A DNA stretch of 63,620 nucleotides, the filler included, from Dugesia japonica (taxonomy: Eukaryota), in NCBI GenBank assembly GCA_001938525.1. It is 5 parts of 5 records of this genome, joined end to end, with 100 filler letters (N's around TTAATTAATTAA, not from the genome) between each part and the next. Parts side by side here need not be neighbours in the genome. Positions count along the whole stretch, not along the records: positions 11,325 to 20,132 come from MQRL01637202.1; positions 20,233 to 37,540 come from MQRL01648106.1; 3 more parts are not named here. The stretch is one strand, 5' to 3'. Positions within the stretch are counted from its first letter, which is position 1. Every line of letters begins with the position of its first letter. The notes beneath the pieces were generated by a model. That model ran no database searches. It saw only the letters and a list, made by a program, of their open reading frames with translations, and was not told the origin of the DNA. The position numbers were made by a program, and so were the translations under genes. Below, piece by piece: positions 14,150 through 27,810 of this stretch.

Positions 14150-14992
14150 TTTGGAAATATATTTATGATTGCTATTAGTTTAAAAGACTCAAATCTTCGA
14201 GGAGGAATGCTCCCATTAATTTGTTTGGCAATTGGAGAAGTGATTTACGTATTAATAACTACTATTACTGCATTTGCGGTATTAGGAGATTTGAATGTAG
14301 TTTACAATATCCGTAGGTTAAATATGTGTCCGATTTTAGGTACACTGAATTTAATTTTAGTTCAATTTGATTTAACAACTCATAGCTTATTAGGTTTGAT
14401 TCGATATTTAGCTATTTGTCATCCACTTAAATATCGAAAATATATCACTCTAAAAAATAGTACATTTATCACCTTTTGTAATGGATTGTATGCAATTATT
14501 TTAGGTTATGTACCTTCAATTATAATTTTTGATCACGAATATATTCTTTCATACACTTTGGATCCGTCTGCATTAAATTGTATAATGAAATTAGGAAAAA
14601 TGGCATCGAGTTATATTTGCATATTTTATTTTGGTCCTCCAATGATACTGGCTGGTATTAGTTATATTTTATGTTTTTACAAATTAAGGAATCCTGGTAC
14701 ATCAACAAACATTGTGACGAAAAATCAGAAAAGACTAGCAATCACTTTAGCTNNNNNNNNNNNNNNNNNNNNNNNNNNNNNNNNNNNNNNNNNNNNNNNN
14801 NNNNNNNNNTTCGAAGGTAAAGAACACCTTTGTCATTTAACAAGAAGACATTTTACATGGTTAATTCTCCATAATTCTTTAGTCAATCCAGTTGCATTTC
14901 TATCAATGTATGCGTATAAACGCAGATATTTTCGAACTAGTACTGTTTCATCAATCATGAATGAAACTAAAAGTTCTCATAGACTAGCATAA
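14150..14992 (+). CDS. Rhodopsin-like (class A) 7TM GPCR; N-terminus lost in gap, no intron seen
   Basis: In-frame FGNIF (TM1 GN) upstream of the ORF; LAIGE (TM2); IRYLAICHPLKY (DRY region); TM3 and ECL2 cysteines; YFGPP...SY (TM5); HNSLVNPVAF (TM7); AATAAA at 15014-15019. Confidence 0.88.
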   Translation, partial: FGNIFMIAISLKDSNLRGGMLPLICLAIGEVIYVLITTITAFAVLGDLNVVYNIRRLNMCPILGTLNLILVQFDLTTHSLLGLIRYLAICHPLKYRKYITLKNSTFITFCNGLYAIILGYVPSIIIFDHEYILSYTLDPSALNCIMKLGKMASSYICIFYFGPPMILAGISYILCFYKLRNPGTSTNIVTKNQKRLAITLAXXXXXXXXXXXXXXXXXXXFEGKEHLCHLTRRHFTWLILHNSLVNPVAFLSMYAYKRRYFRTSTVSSIMNETKSSHRLA

Positions 14993-15519
14993 GCGTGCAA
15001 AGTTCTTGTTCTAAATAAAATATTAACTTATTTGCTGTGAAAAATGTTTGTCATTAATTAATTAATTCTCCTTAGATAATGTTAGAACTATAAAGCATTA
15101 ATTTTTTAGAAACTAATTCGTTTCAGTCGCGGTTTTTAATTTGTTTCCGATTTTTTTTGTTTGTTTGAACTTTAAGTGCAAATAATTTTAGTATTACATT
15201 TTATGAACAATATTGTTAACCAAATAATCTGACAACTTTTATAAATTGATAATTTTTATTTCAAAAACAATATTTAAAAAATTATTTTATTTGTTTATTA
15301 GTATTAAAATGTTATTACTGTAATTCGATTTTCGTAAAATAAATATGAAAAATAACAATTTTATAAATTTAAACAAATTAGGATACTTATTAATATTATA
15401 AAAACAAGAAAATTCTCTAATAATTAGCTGCGGTACACATAATTAAATACTTATTTATTTTAAAATATTATCGATGTGGTATTTCTCTAACTTTCTGTAA
15501 TAATCTTTTCTCTTTGTCC

Positions 15520-16230
15520 ATTTGTATGGTGATGTTATGAATTTGTAAAGCTTAACTTTATATCTAATTTTTTATTCGAATACCTTCTTACACTCTACTC
15601 TCATTTCTTTAAAGCAGCAAATCTCAAAATCTATTTTTAAAAATCATTTTTCTTTACTGTTACTTCGTCTTGTCTTGCTTTGACTGTTAATATCTTATAC
15701 TTGATATACAGCACACCCTCCTTTTAAAGTACATAGTAAGTAAAAAGAATTTTTTCTTTTTTTGTACTTTACAAAAATGGTGTACTTACAAGAGAATATT
15801 TTTAAAATTCAATTTAAAATAAATGAACATTAGCTTTTATTATAAATAATATAACGACCCAAAGTGGCTTGGATGGAAGTTTTTTCAATTATTTCATCAA
15901 TATTATTTGATAGTTGTAGAAGATTTAACTCATCCATGAAAAGATTTTTACACTTTTTATAATATAAAAGCTTTTTAAACATTTGTCTTGCTTCACAATT
16001 TGTGATTGTGTTTTCTTCTTCGCTTTTTTCCTTTTTGAAATTTCTTCGATATGTTTCACAGTTGCTTCATCATTCATCTAATTAATCTCTAAACTTGCTT
16101 TATAATGTTCTACAAAAATTTTCAACGAATTTATTTCATCAATCTATTTTTTGCATTATTTTCAATTATTGTGTTAAAGTAGTGATGATAAAAGATATTT
16201 GATTCCGATGTGGTGTATAATTTCATTGGA
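15520..16230 (-). pseudogene. Possible decayed LTR-retrotransposon integrase region
   Basis: Only weak motif similarity (YTPHRNQ versus YHPQSNG) in a purine-rich minus strand. Confidence 0.3.
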
Positions 16231-17386
16231 AATTTTACTNNNNNNNNNNNNNNNNNNNNNNNNNNNNNNNNNNNNNNNNNNNNNNNAAGATATTTGATTT
16301 TAATTACATAGTGTAGTGATTCGTGAAATATTCCACAATTAAATAATTGTTTACTTGCATTATTTTAATAAGTTTAATAAGTTTAATAATTATATTATAG
16401 AAAAAGGTTAGAAAATATAATACACACAGATACACACATTTATTTAATAGATACGTTTAAAAACTTATTAAACTTTTAACAGTATACTAATATACCTTAT
16501 TTAATAATCGAATATGTTGAGTTTAAAGTATAATTTAATTTTATTGATTCCAATATTATTAACCTGCAATAAATGAACTAAATCATGTGAGTTTAGAGTG
16601 TTGTTTATTGGCATCATATGTGAACTTTGATAATTTTAACAAGTTTGGAGCTTAGTTTCTAAGGAATTCATTGTTATTCCTAATAAAACTGTTAACAGTA
16701 TTGTCATGAATGCTTGTTATTATGTTTGTCATTTTCAATTTAATGCCAATGGTATTATCCATAGTGCCTGAAGCTATCGTTACCTTGTTATTTAGTTTTC
16801 GTCAAATTAGGATTGGCAGTTTTCTTAATATTTTAATATACTACGATTGAATCATTCTTAGCAACATTTGGACTATGTATTTATAACAACATCGTCTCAT
16901 TATTTTACTTGGTGAAACATGGTTTGCTTATTCATTCATGAAAAGAAATGGCGACAAAAGAAAATTTGCTCAGACCACCATATTAATGAGAGATGAAAAC
17001 ATCAATACTGAGATTTTCATTAAGACGGATTGGCACAAAGACCCGCATGAACTTGGGGTAGATGTAAACAGTACAGGAGGTACCATAAAATTCTACCTGG
17101 CTTCGGGGTATCTACCCCTAGGAGATATAAGTAAAGAAGAAAGCAGAAAGACCAATAAATCTGAATGAAAAAATAATTAAAGCATGGATCTAAACACATG
17201 TTTACGTCATATTATAAGATTTAATGTTATTTAATGTGATTTATTTTTATGTACATATTTTTACTTAAAAATGTGATGAGAACATTTTTTTTAAAAATCT
17301 CAAGCCTCTCTCTGCACAGAAGTCTTTGCTTTCTAGCTTAAGAACTACTGTTTAAATGTATTTTAAAGGTATTTTATTTTTAAATA

Positions 17387-18711
17387 TAGGATTGAAACGA
17401 AAGTCTTGTCCGATAGAAAATAATATTTATTTAACCAATAAATACAACATGTAAATTGAGAAATATATGCAAAACATCATTATGGAGAATTGTTTTGTTT
17501 AAATGTATTATTGAATGCTTTATTCAAATGTTTGCTTTTTATATTATAATTAAATAATTGTTTCAGATAGTAATCCTTTAAAAATGTATTATTTTGTGAC
17601 ATATGATGAAGTTTCAACAGAAGCGACTTAAAAAAGCTGACGTATTTTTTGTGGAAAGATGGAATGAATGCACCTGAAATTGAGAAGAAGATTAACTTCG
17701 TGCTTGGCATCGGTACTGTGTCTGCGAGAAACTGCCAGCGAATAATTGCAAAATTCATTGTTGGTGATTTTTTCGTTGATGATGAAGATAGAAGTGGGCG
17801 ACCATTGGTTAAAGATAATGTACAAGATCGAATCAAAGAGGTTCTGACGTACGACAAATATGCTACATCTCGTGTTATGGCAGAAGAGCTGTCATCGTCT
17901 CACAAAACAATACTCCGACACTTGTACAAAATGGGAAAGGCAATACTTGGCAGACAGATGGTTGCCACATTTTTTGTCAGATGAAAATAAAGACAAAAGG
18001 GAAAGAATTTTTGGCAAATTGTTGGCTATGCACCAACGGAGCGACTTACTGTCCCAACTCGTAACGGTGGATGACGTGTGGGTATATTAGGACAATGCCA
18101 ATCGATCTTATCACGACCAATTTTGGAACTGTGCCGTTGATCAAACAACAAAATCAATTCGTCAATGTTTGACAGCACAAAAGCACCTTGCAACTATTCT
18201 CTTGTGTGATGTACTTCCTCAAAGAAAAAACATAAACGCAGAAATTTACTGCACTCAGTTGGACAAGCTCGTAGATTCGATTCGACAAAAGAGACGCCGG
18301 CTGCGTGGAAACAGTTTTGAAAGTTTTCATTTTCTCCAGGATAACGCTCGACCGTATACGTCAAGATTAACTCAAAGTAAGCTTGCTGATTTCGGTTTTA
18401 CGGTATTGCCTCATACACCATACTCCCCAGACCTTTCCCATCCGACTATTCCCTGTTTTTTTCCTGTGAAAAACTCACTTTGTGGTGATTTGGAAAACTG
18501 ATTCACTTCAAAACCTGCAGAATTCTATGCAAACGGCATAAAACAACTTACAGAACGCCGGCAAAGGTGTGTGGACCTTAAAGGTGACTATTTTCAACAT
18601 TTTAGATCAACGGACGAATGATGTTTTGTTTATATTTCTCAATTTACATGTTGCTTTTATTGGTTAAATAAATATTATTTTCTATCGGACAAGACTTTCG
18701 TTCCAATCCTA
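17387..18711 (+). mobile_element. Full-length mariner (DD34D-type) element with ~94-bp TIRs and TA duplication
   Basis: 17387-17480 is the near-perfect reverse complement of 18618-18711; TA at 17385-17386 and 18712-18713. Confidence 0.93.
17603..18621 (+). pseudogene. Frameshifted mariner transposase
   Basis: DEDRSGRP, WLPHFLS (WVPHEL-like), LVTVDDVWVY, FLQDNARPYT and PYSPDLS/PSDY are split across ORFs 17649, 17860 and 18169. Confidence 0.92.
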
Positions 18712-19099
18712 TATTATAAATAGATCCTCTTATAAACTTTATGTGAAATTCAACTCAAACTTATAATAATAAATAAGTTTTTACGAAAGACTTTGAAAAT
18801 ATTAAATTAACTAATAGAAGCTATGGACAACAGTAATTTCTATGTGTTATTGGAACACTCTGAAGCAACAGTAGAGTACAATTTTTATATTAGGCTAGTC
18901 TTCATAATCACAGGAACAATTTTGATGCTTTTACCAGACAGCATTATAAAGTCATCAACGGTATCAATAATATCTGACAAAGGTAAGCAATATCTTAATC
19001 AAAGTCTTTNAGATGTTTTTCGGAAATAATAAACAAAAATCGTTACACGTCACATTGTGTGGTTAAATGCGATGATAACAATATGAAAAGAAACAAAAC

Positions 19100-19740
19100 A
19101 TCAATTTATTATCGACACAGAAAATCTGAAATTTTCAAACCAAATTTTGTCCATAAAATGAACTTATTTTTTATATATTTAATGTGTTTGGTGGTTAAGT
19201 TCACTGCTGCGTACATATTGACTCGGTGTTTTTCGAAGATTTTATACAGTTCCTGGTTGCTTTAGTAGAGACTAACTCTTACCACATCTCTTCCAACAAC
19301 TGCTCTATTTGATGCGACACATTTTGAACCAATGAATTGTTCTCTTTTAATAATTTTAGTGAGTTTTTTAGACAACTTAGTTTTTGTATTGTGCATCGCA
19401 TCTAATTAGTGACCATGGTTTCTTAGTAAAGTAAATTTGTACTAGCAGGGGTAAATCATTCTCAAGTCACAAATCATCATACACATACATGATTGATAAA
19501 AAAAGCTAGCTAATTAATGTACAATATGAACTACCATAGAGTATATTAGATGTGGAGCATCATTTGGATCGAACAGTACCATATTAATATATCCCATTAA
19601 TATTTACTTAATCCAAGAACATCGTCGTTCATATAATCCTTCTAATTTATGGGCATATATTCTCTTCTCCAATTCAGTACCATTAGGATCTATATAACAT
19701 TCTTATGACTTTAGATATCTCAGAGACATTCGATCTGGAT
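19100..19740 (-). repeat. Dispersed repeat with decayed orphan ORF, homologous to 38080-38760
   Basis: Shared blocks acagtt.ctggttg, cacaaatcatcatac..atac..attgataaaaa, tatcccattaata and cagagacattc. Confidence 0.65.
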
Positions 19741-19960
19741 CAGTGGTTCTCAAATTGTAATACATTACAATAATTTTAGTGTTATCATTTTTACAGAAAA
19801 AAATTAAATGAATCTTCAAAAAGTAAACTTATTTATATTTTATTGTAATGTAAAAGTTTTATTTACGAATATAATTAAATAATATAAATTTAAAGGGTTT
19901 TATTTTTTGATTATATACACCCCATTTATGATGCATTGATTTTTAATAGCGAAATGCTTT

Positions 19961-20132
19961 TGTTGGGGTGAAACACCGAATTAAGAAAAAAAATAATGGC
20001 GTAAGTAGACACGGAATTCGAAAGATCTATATAAGAAAAGAAAATGAAGAATTCGGAACCCAAAAGGGCAGAGTCAAGTTGGGGAAAAGAATTATGAAAA
20101 CCAAAATGGGTTTGGAAGATCAAAACTCATAT
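19961..20132 (+). mobile_element. Terminus of the TGTTGGGGTGAAAC LTR-like family, cut by scaffold end
   Basis: TGTTGGGGTGAAACAC is identical to the terminus at 46934 (-) and is followed by A-rich sequence. Confidence 0.6.
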
Positions 20133-20232
20133 NNNNNNNNNNNNNNNNNNNNNNNNNNNNNNNNNNNNNNNNNNNNTTAATTAATTAANNNNNNNNNNNN
20201 NNNNNNNNNNNNNNNNNNNNNNNNNNNNNNNN
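20133..20232. other. Artificial scaffold-joining spacer
   Basis: 44N-TTAATTAATTAA(20177-20188)-44N. Confidence 0.92.
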
Positions 20233-20238
20233 AAGTAC

Positions 20239-20272
20239 ATTCCTGAAGAAGACAATTGTCGAAAATTCGAAT
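20239..20272 (+). ncRNA. Minimal type I hammerhead ribozyme motif (family A, best preserved)
   Basis: AUUC-CUGAAGA-A-GAC(AAUU)GUC-GAAA-AUUC|GAAU; helix I AUUC/GAAU; palindromic AAUU in place of helix III; UUC cleavage triplet. Confidence 0.65.
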
Positions 20273-20485
20273 TACTAACAACAACAAAAGAACATCATTT
20301 TTATTGAAGCTTTTTAATTTACTGATACTTTAAAAATACGATCAATAGTTATGTTCAACAGTTATTCTCGCAATAATGGTAAAACTATAATACAATGTTT
20401 ATATTTTTTGAATATAGAGAACTTTCTATTATCCGCTATTTCTCTTATACAACACCATTATTAAGCCATTTTATATCAATTAAAG

Positions 20486-20789
20486 TAGTGGTCGCCAATC
20501 ATTGGTCTACGAAAACTTTCGGTTAAAAATGGTATATTTAAATTGTTTTAACCCAGTCGATTCTTTTTAAAAACTACCGTTATATGTTAAAGATGTAACA
20601 TTAGTTGCCGGCGCTCAGCTGTACTTTTTACTAGATATTTCTGGAAAGATTCCAGAATTGTGGTTGCTTTAAATTAAAGACTATTAAAGAATTACTGACA
20701 AATTATTAACAAATATTACTACACCATTGGTCCGTCGGATTAAAAATTATTATAGTGGTCTGTAAAGTCCATAATTTTGGCGACCACTG
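20486..20789. mobile_element. hAT (Charlie-like) MITE
   Basis: TIRs TAGTGGTCGCCAA / TTGGCGACCACTG; 8-bp flanks only partly match (aattaaag versus aattttta). Confidence 0.65.
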
Positions 20790-21261
20790 AATTTTTAAAA
20801 GAAGAATATGATGTATTATTAGAAAATCAATAAAATACACATTTCTGGAGAAAAAGCTTTTACTCTTTGATTAAAAATCCGAATTAAATAATAGTTTTGA
20901 TGTGATAGACAAACCTGTTAAAGTTAGTAAAATGTAGTGCTACATGGAGCTTCAAACACCGAAATGACATTTTTAATAATGATTTGATGTTTTATTTAAA
21001 TTGTCTTACTGGAATTTATGGAATACGTCAAATCTTAAAGAAGCAAAGTAGTNNNNNNNNNNNNNNNNNNNNNNNNNNNNNNNNNNNNNNNNNNNNNNNN
21101 NNNNNNNNNNNNNNNNNNNNNNNNNNNNNNNNNNNNNNNNNNNNNNNNNNNNNNNNNNNNNNNNNNNNNNNNNNNNNNNNNNNNNNNNNNNNNNNNNNNN
21201 NNNNNNNNNNNNNNNNNNNNNNNNNNNNNNNNNNNNNNNNNNTTGTGAACATCATTAAGTT

Positions 21262-21860
21262 TTAAGTGTCTAGCTGTATTGGTTAAATAATATTGTAATA
21301 ATGCATTCGTTAATGCATTTACAATAAATGCTTTAAAATAAAGGTTTTGTGATACGTCATAGTAAATCAAGATTGAAACATCAATTGATTCACACAAATG
21401 ATACTTCAAACTATACTTTTCCATCAGAAAACAATAGCAATATAACTATTCTATTGTAAATGTTTCAAGGTTAGTTATTATATGTGAATTATAACTGACT
21501 TACGCTTTCTGTTATTGTTAGCAACTATTAAACTGGTAAATATTTTATTAGTTAGTTTGTAAAGATTAACGATGGATTTGCTTGAAGACTCTTGTTATTT
21601 TGGATATTTGCTTACGGTCGATCATATTAAGATAATAAATAATGATAAAAGATGTATTTCTTTTAAATTTACAATAAATCCTTTTTTAATAAATACTTTT
21701 TTAAGTCAACTCCTGACGAAGAAAAGGTCAAAATATCGCATTGTTATCCAATATCAATAAAAAAACTAAAATTTTGATTAAAGCTATTACATTAAATGAA
21801 TTCCATAAAACGATCAATGGTTTTGTCCAACAATTATTCTCGCAATAATTTTAATTGTAA
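21262..21860 (+). mobile_element. Decayed Penelope-like 3' end (GIY-YIG remnant and pLTR), homologous to 37535-36880 on -
   Basis: 21265-21380 is the approximate reverse complement of 37420-37535; degenerate CUGACGA core near 21712; shared tail cgatcaatgg...caattattctcgcaataat. Confidence 0.6.
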
Positions 21861-22019
21861 AAAAAATCCATTTTAAGTGATATTTTAATGCTCAACAACA
21901 TGTCGCCAAATGATTGTTCCAAAAATAATAGAAGTTGGGTTATGAAACTTTACATCAGAATAATGAATCTATAAAAAGAATTCTCGGTGAGCTTATGGAA
22001 CACCCTGTTATATTTAGCG

Positions 22020-23642
22020 CATTGTTCTTCACTAACACTAAACTCCGCCACTTTCTCCACGTTGGTTTACCAATCCAATTTTCTTCAAACTAATTGATAA
22101 TTTCTTGAAGATTCGGTTCGTTTTCAATGAAGAATAAATAACTCAGTAAATGTTCAAATAAAATTAGAAACTCCGAAAAATCAGGTAAAACTATAAAATC
22201 AAGAAATTGATTTTTAAAAAATTAAATAAGATGTATTTTTAAAAACCTCCCATCTTTTTGGACTACTACTAAAAATGTTATGAATTTGCTGAATGATTTC
22301 GAAGAATGTTATTGCTTCTTTACAGCATTCTACTGAGTCAACTCCAACAAGATTTAAAATATTGAGGCAGCTGCTGAAAGTGCAATTTTAATTTTCATGC
22401 AAAAAGAGTGCTTGCACACCCTTATATTTTCCAGCTATATTAGCACCATTATCATATCCTTAACCAACACAGTTTTGAAAATTCAAGGTTAAATCTTTAA
22501 AAAGACATAATAAGTGACCAGCAATTTCTTTACCAGTTTTTTCGGAAAAATCACCAAAACATAAAGTGTTATTCAATTGAAAAATCACGTTCACTTAATT
22601 TAACATAAAGAATAATCAAAGTTGTTTGCTCCTTATAAGATGTATTGGAGTTACATCAGCAATAATAGAAAAATACTTAGCGTTATTTTTTTAAGCAATA
22701 ATTTTTCTTTGATCAAATTAGCCACATAGGTCGATTAACTTGCCTTGAATTTTATTTGAAAGATAATGAACTTGCAATCTTTTTTTCATCTTGTAATGCT
22801 CTAACTTTGTAAAATACTTTGAAAACATTGCATTATATTTACTTAAAAGTTCAACTAAGCCAAGAAAATTTCCAATATTTGATTTCTGAAAACGTTCATT
22901 AGATCCAAGAAACGTTAGTCCTCTCTCGGATATGATATCAAGAAAACGCTCTAAAAGCTTTTTTCAATTTTTAAGCTCTATTACCAGCAATCAACATGAT
23001 TAGCCAAGGTAGATTTTTCCGCATAATAGAATGTTCGTGATAAATTTATCCGGTCATTTAACTTCTTCCAACCACTTTTTATATTGTATCAAAATTTATG
23101 TTGTTAAAACATATCCAAATGCATGTTCTTGTTCACAATGTCTCTATCACACGATTCTCCATTTGCAAGGTTCTTTGAAAGTGAGCGATATGAAAATCCA
23201 TAGTTTGTTGCATCTTTTGAAATATTTTTGGAGATTTAAAACCGAGTAATTTTCAAAAATGTTTTCATTTGCGCCTGATTATTTTTATCAAGCATTCCAA
23301 TATTAATGTTTCAGTATTCAATAGATTTACTTTAATTCCATCTTCCGTTTGTACAGTCCTCAATTGACCATTTTCATCGGGCAATTCCATTGCACTTACT
23401 ACATCTTGTTGCACTGTGGTTACAACTTCAAAACTCTTAACAATATTTTCATTCAGTTCAACTCTTTTGCTAACCGTATCGCTTACTTCAGTTTCAACTG
23501 TAGATTTTTCTTTATTAAATATTAATGGTCTTTCTGCTTGGTTTGATGAATCCTTATTAAAAAAAATAGGTTTTAAACTTTTAATGGCTGACTCTTTAAG
23601 TTTTTTCTTTTGCTTTTTGCTGGCGCCACTTTCCTCTTCATG
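22020..23642 (-). pseudogene. Decayed hAT (ZMYM1-like/DUF4371) transposase
   Basis: ESGASKKQKKK, RGLTFLGSNE...GNFLGLVELLSKY, YFSIIADVT, GYDNGANIAGKYKGVQA and SSSPKRW on the minus strand; many disruptions. Confidence 0.85.
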
Positions 23643-23810
23643 TTTTAATTTGTTAATTAATTAATTAATTGTTATTTATTATCAATAATCGATGACAAAA
23701 AATTACTTGTATTTTTAATTTAAAGATGTTTAAAAAATTCATTTTTAACAAAACAATTTTATTAAAAAAAAATTTAACAAACAAAGATCAAAGTTGCAGT
23801 TCTTTTATTT

Positions 23811-23843
23811 TCATTATTTCAGCATAGCCTTCTTCAGGAACTG
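23811..23843 (-). ncRNA. Variant hammerhead-like motif (family A)
   Basis: GUUC-CUGAAGA-A-GGC(UAU)GCU-GAAA; downstream part degenerate. Confidence 0.35.
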
Positions 23844-26329
23844 TTGTTACAAATTTTGACATAAAGACAGATTTTAAATGAATCTAAGTAAAATCAATTT
23901 TCATTTGTTTATAATTTTAATATAAAATTAAATATATATTTTCTTGGTTAATTGCTGCAAATCATTATGATTTCAGTTATAAAATTCAATTATAGAGAAA
24001 AAACACTTAAAAACACTTTCAAGTTTTAACAACCTCAATAAAGAACTACTAATTACTTAATAAACTTTTATTATACGAATTTGAACTCATGCAACAACTC
24101 AAAGTCTACTATTTTATATACAAACTAGCGAATTAACCCATTTTTTCAAAAATAAAGATCTTATTTAATTCTTAAATTTATAAAATTTTTAAATTATAAG
24201 CCNCTTAAAAGACATAACATTCAAAAAACCATTTAGAAACAAATGTTAAAGTACATAATATATATACATGAATCAATGTTAAAACATGATTAAAAACACG
24301 ATTGAGACTTACTTATTCTCAAAAATGTATTTATAGTTTTTTAAAAGCATTATTTTTTTATGGGTTAAAAATGGTTGTCCGGCGTAAAAGTGTGAAATAA
24401 ATTTTTGTGTAGTTTCAAATATTGCAGAATTAAGAGGCCCGTTTCAAAAGACCCTTGTGACCCCCCACCTTATCCAATGCATGCTTACGTTTAAATAAAT
24501 GACATTTTTTAGATAAAAACTCCAAAGATATCATTGTTTTATCGACTTAATATTTTTATTTTGAAATAATTTCCAACTTTTTACCGACAAAATCAAATTC
24601 TAATCACCTTCCAAATTTCCAGTGAAATTTTTATTGTAATTTAACTTTAATTTAGTATATTAGTCTATTTTACAATAATATCATTTCTCAACTTGACAGT
24701 CATGCTATTTCTGATTTCCAGTTTCACTGCTAATTTCTATAAACACAAACAACCCATTATTGAATATTATTATTTCTTTCAAGAAATTCAGCAACATAAT
24801 CGATTCAGAATTTCATAAAATTAAATAATTTTTTTGAAAGCTGTGTTAGAAAGTATAAAGGTTTACATGAAATGCGAATTTTATGTTTATTTTCATGATG
24901 GCCATTTTGTAGTAGTAGTCGTTTTTATAGTCCTTATCTTGTGGTCGCCATATTTGCCGTATACCCGTTTTTACATAGTTAAAGTTTACCGTTTCATATT
25001 TGTTTAAATGTTTTTTACCATTGTATTAGATTTTATTTTTAGAAATTTATAGGAACATTTGATTAAATAATTAATAAAAGACTGAATATTCCAAAATGGC
25101 AACTTCAAGCAGAAAATAGATAAATGGATTAGAATTTGTTCTTACTTATTGTTGTAATGAATAAAGTTATCAATGAAGAATAATTTTTAATAATCCGTAT
25201 TATTATTATTATTTTAAATTGGGGTTCGATGTGACTCTTAAATTGTGTTCTTTAATGTTATTTCTTTGTTTAATTTTATTTTTCGGAAATGCCACAAATT
25301 TGGCAGACTTTTTAATTCACTTTAAGTGCTCTTTTACCCTGCAGTTTAATACATTTCGAACCCAAGCTTTAAACGATAGCTATATGAAACTTTAAAAAGA
25401 ATAAAAAATAGTCTTTTTAAAGAAAACAACAAGTAAATAGATCAGTTTTTAATCTTAACATGAATTTTATAAGATTGAAAAAAGATGACTAGCAGATATA
25501 TAACTATTAAATATCATAAACCAATTATCAATAATCATATATATTGTAACCCAATAAAATGAAAATTAACCACAGTTACAGTAGTCACAATAAAAATCCT
25601 TTTTCTTTTTTTACCGAAAGTGAAGCCAATACTTCTATAAATAATGAAAATTATTTTGTACTGAACTAGGTAAGCTAATAAACATATAAATCCACTTTTA
25701 TGACTAAACTGGAGAAAAGGATTTCAATAATAAAAATCATGAAAACTAAGTACAAATCAAAAAACAGCCGAAAACGTCTTCCATAACGAAATATTATCGT
25801 CTTTTAATAAGTACTAATACGGAACAAAAGTATCTTTCGTAATATATACAAACTTTAAAGCTTATAATTCTAATCAAAAAAGGATGTCTAAAAGAACAAA
25901 AAATACATGATGTCAAATGTATAAGCAAAACCAAGGGGCTCTACGGATTACAGTAGAACCACTTCAACATACCATCCAGAAGATTAACAATTTACAATTT
26001 TTTTAATGAGATAACTGATGAGGTAAGTAATGGGTGATTTAATGACTTCACAAATGTAATGATACCTGAAAATCAATCATAGAGGTTGGTTATTAAAAAT
26101 AATACTCAAAACGAACTTCTATCGAATCAGTATCATTTTTCCTTGAATGGAATCTTTTACAGGATAGTTTTGTATGTATAGTATATATTAATTTAATATT
26201 ATATTATATAATATTAATAATATTACTATTTATATTCTGTTATAGTATATCTTTTCTAACTGACATAATTTTTCTTATATTAGTATAGAAGCCACGATGT
26301 TCTGAAGAAACAGAACAAAAAATTGCGCG

Positions 26330-27620
26330 CAGTATAACACATAAAACTGCGTCGACAATGCTGCCCAAATAAATACAATACAAAATATTTACCACATTAA
26401 TTTGTATTAATCTATAGTGATTTATAATAATTTATTAAATAAATTCAATTAATTTATTAGTTAATTTATAACTTATTTATACATAAAATTTTCGTTTACA
26501 CAATTCATGTTTTATATATTAGTGGAGCGCTTTATGTTTAAACGATAATAAATATAATGCATTGAAAAACCTGTTAGCACGCCTATTTTTGAGTATGTTT
26601 GTAGTTGTTACTTTGTTGGAATACCATAAAATACTATTTAGATCTAATTTGTTTTACTCAACCAATCTATTAAATAGGAACCACTTAAACCTCTTTTTTT
26701 CATTATTATATGTAATGCAGAATTTAAAATTTTTATCAGTCTATAATCGTAGAATAATTCAATAGTCTTTAGTTTTATTACCAATATTATTTTTTNNNNN
26801 NNNNNNNNNNNNNNNNGTTAGAAATGAAATAACGGTATACTAAAAAAGCATTAATTTAACCTAACAAACTAAATATTCTTCACGACGTAATAATAGTTTC
26901 TTGTTAATAACTATAAACCCTAGTCTTCGAATTAAATCTTTTCAATTGTCGTTAAATCTTTCATTTGTTATATTCTTGTAAATATTTATCGAAAAAATTT
27001 ATCTTTCCTTGCATCATTTCAGTGGGATATGACTGTATTACATAATACAGTCGAAACTCTTCAATAAAAGCATCTCCTTATTCCAACAAAAAGTCACAGT
27101 TCCTACAAAACCCTGTGTAGAGTGTGATTGTATTAATCTTTATATAATTGATGAATTAATATTTAAAGAGTTATTCGATAATGGGTGAATACATAATTGA
27201 ATTTATGATTCCTCAAAAACTAAATATATTTATCATCAATTAAATTCTAAAGTCTAAAATTATTAACTATAACAATTTTGACGATTACGTGTTTTGTTTA
27301 ATTCCTGCTACTTTAAATAAAATATCCAACGGAAAATTATCTGAAATTTATGATATTATGATGCTAGTTTTACAAAATTACATTCTAATTACTTTAACTG
27401 AATTACTTTTCATCAAAACTTAATGAATCTGTATTTACATTATTTTAGTTGTTAATATTCATAGTTTTGATGATCAAGACACACCTCTAATTTCCATTCA
27501 ATTGTGTGACTTAAGTGCTCTTGATAAGTATTACTAAAAACATCAACTTAAATAATAAAACGTTGTTGATGTTCTAATAAATGATTAATTTTGTTGTATT
27601 ATATGTTTGATTCTTGATCT
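26330..27620 (+). repeat. Unclassified dispersed repeat, direct copy at ~31960-32765
   Basis: Shared acacaattcatgttt, ttacttttcatcaaa, gatgatcaagacacacctctaatttc and tatgtttgatt; this copy has ~0.5 kb extra in the middle. Confidence 0.7.
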
Positions 27621-27667
27621 ATTGAAAATGTTACGATTGAATACTTTTTACTTGCTCTTTTACTTAG

Positions 27668-27810
27668 GATTACAATTATTGTGAGAATAATTGTCGGACT
27701 TAACTGTTTATTGCATTTGAGATTTCATTAAAATAAAGAAAAAGCTTCGATCATATTAAATGTGTTTTTATAGAAATTCCAATTTTCAAAAATTGTCTTC
27801 TTCAGGAATA
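27668..27810 (-). mobile_element. Penelope-like pLTR fragment with degenerate hammerhead core
   Basis: Tail ttacaattattgtgagaataattgt plus minus-strand AUUC-CUGAAGA-AGAC...GAAAAUUG. Confidence 0.55.
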
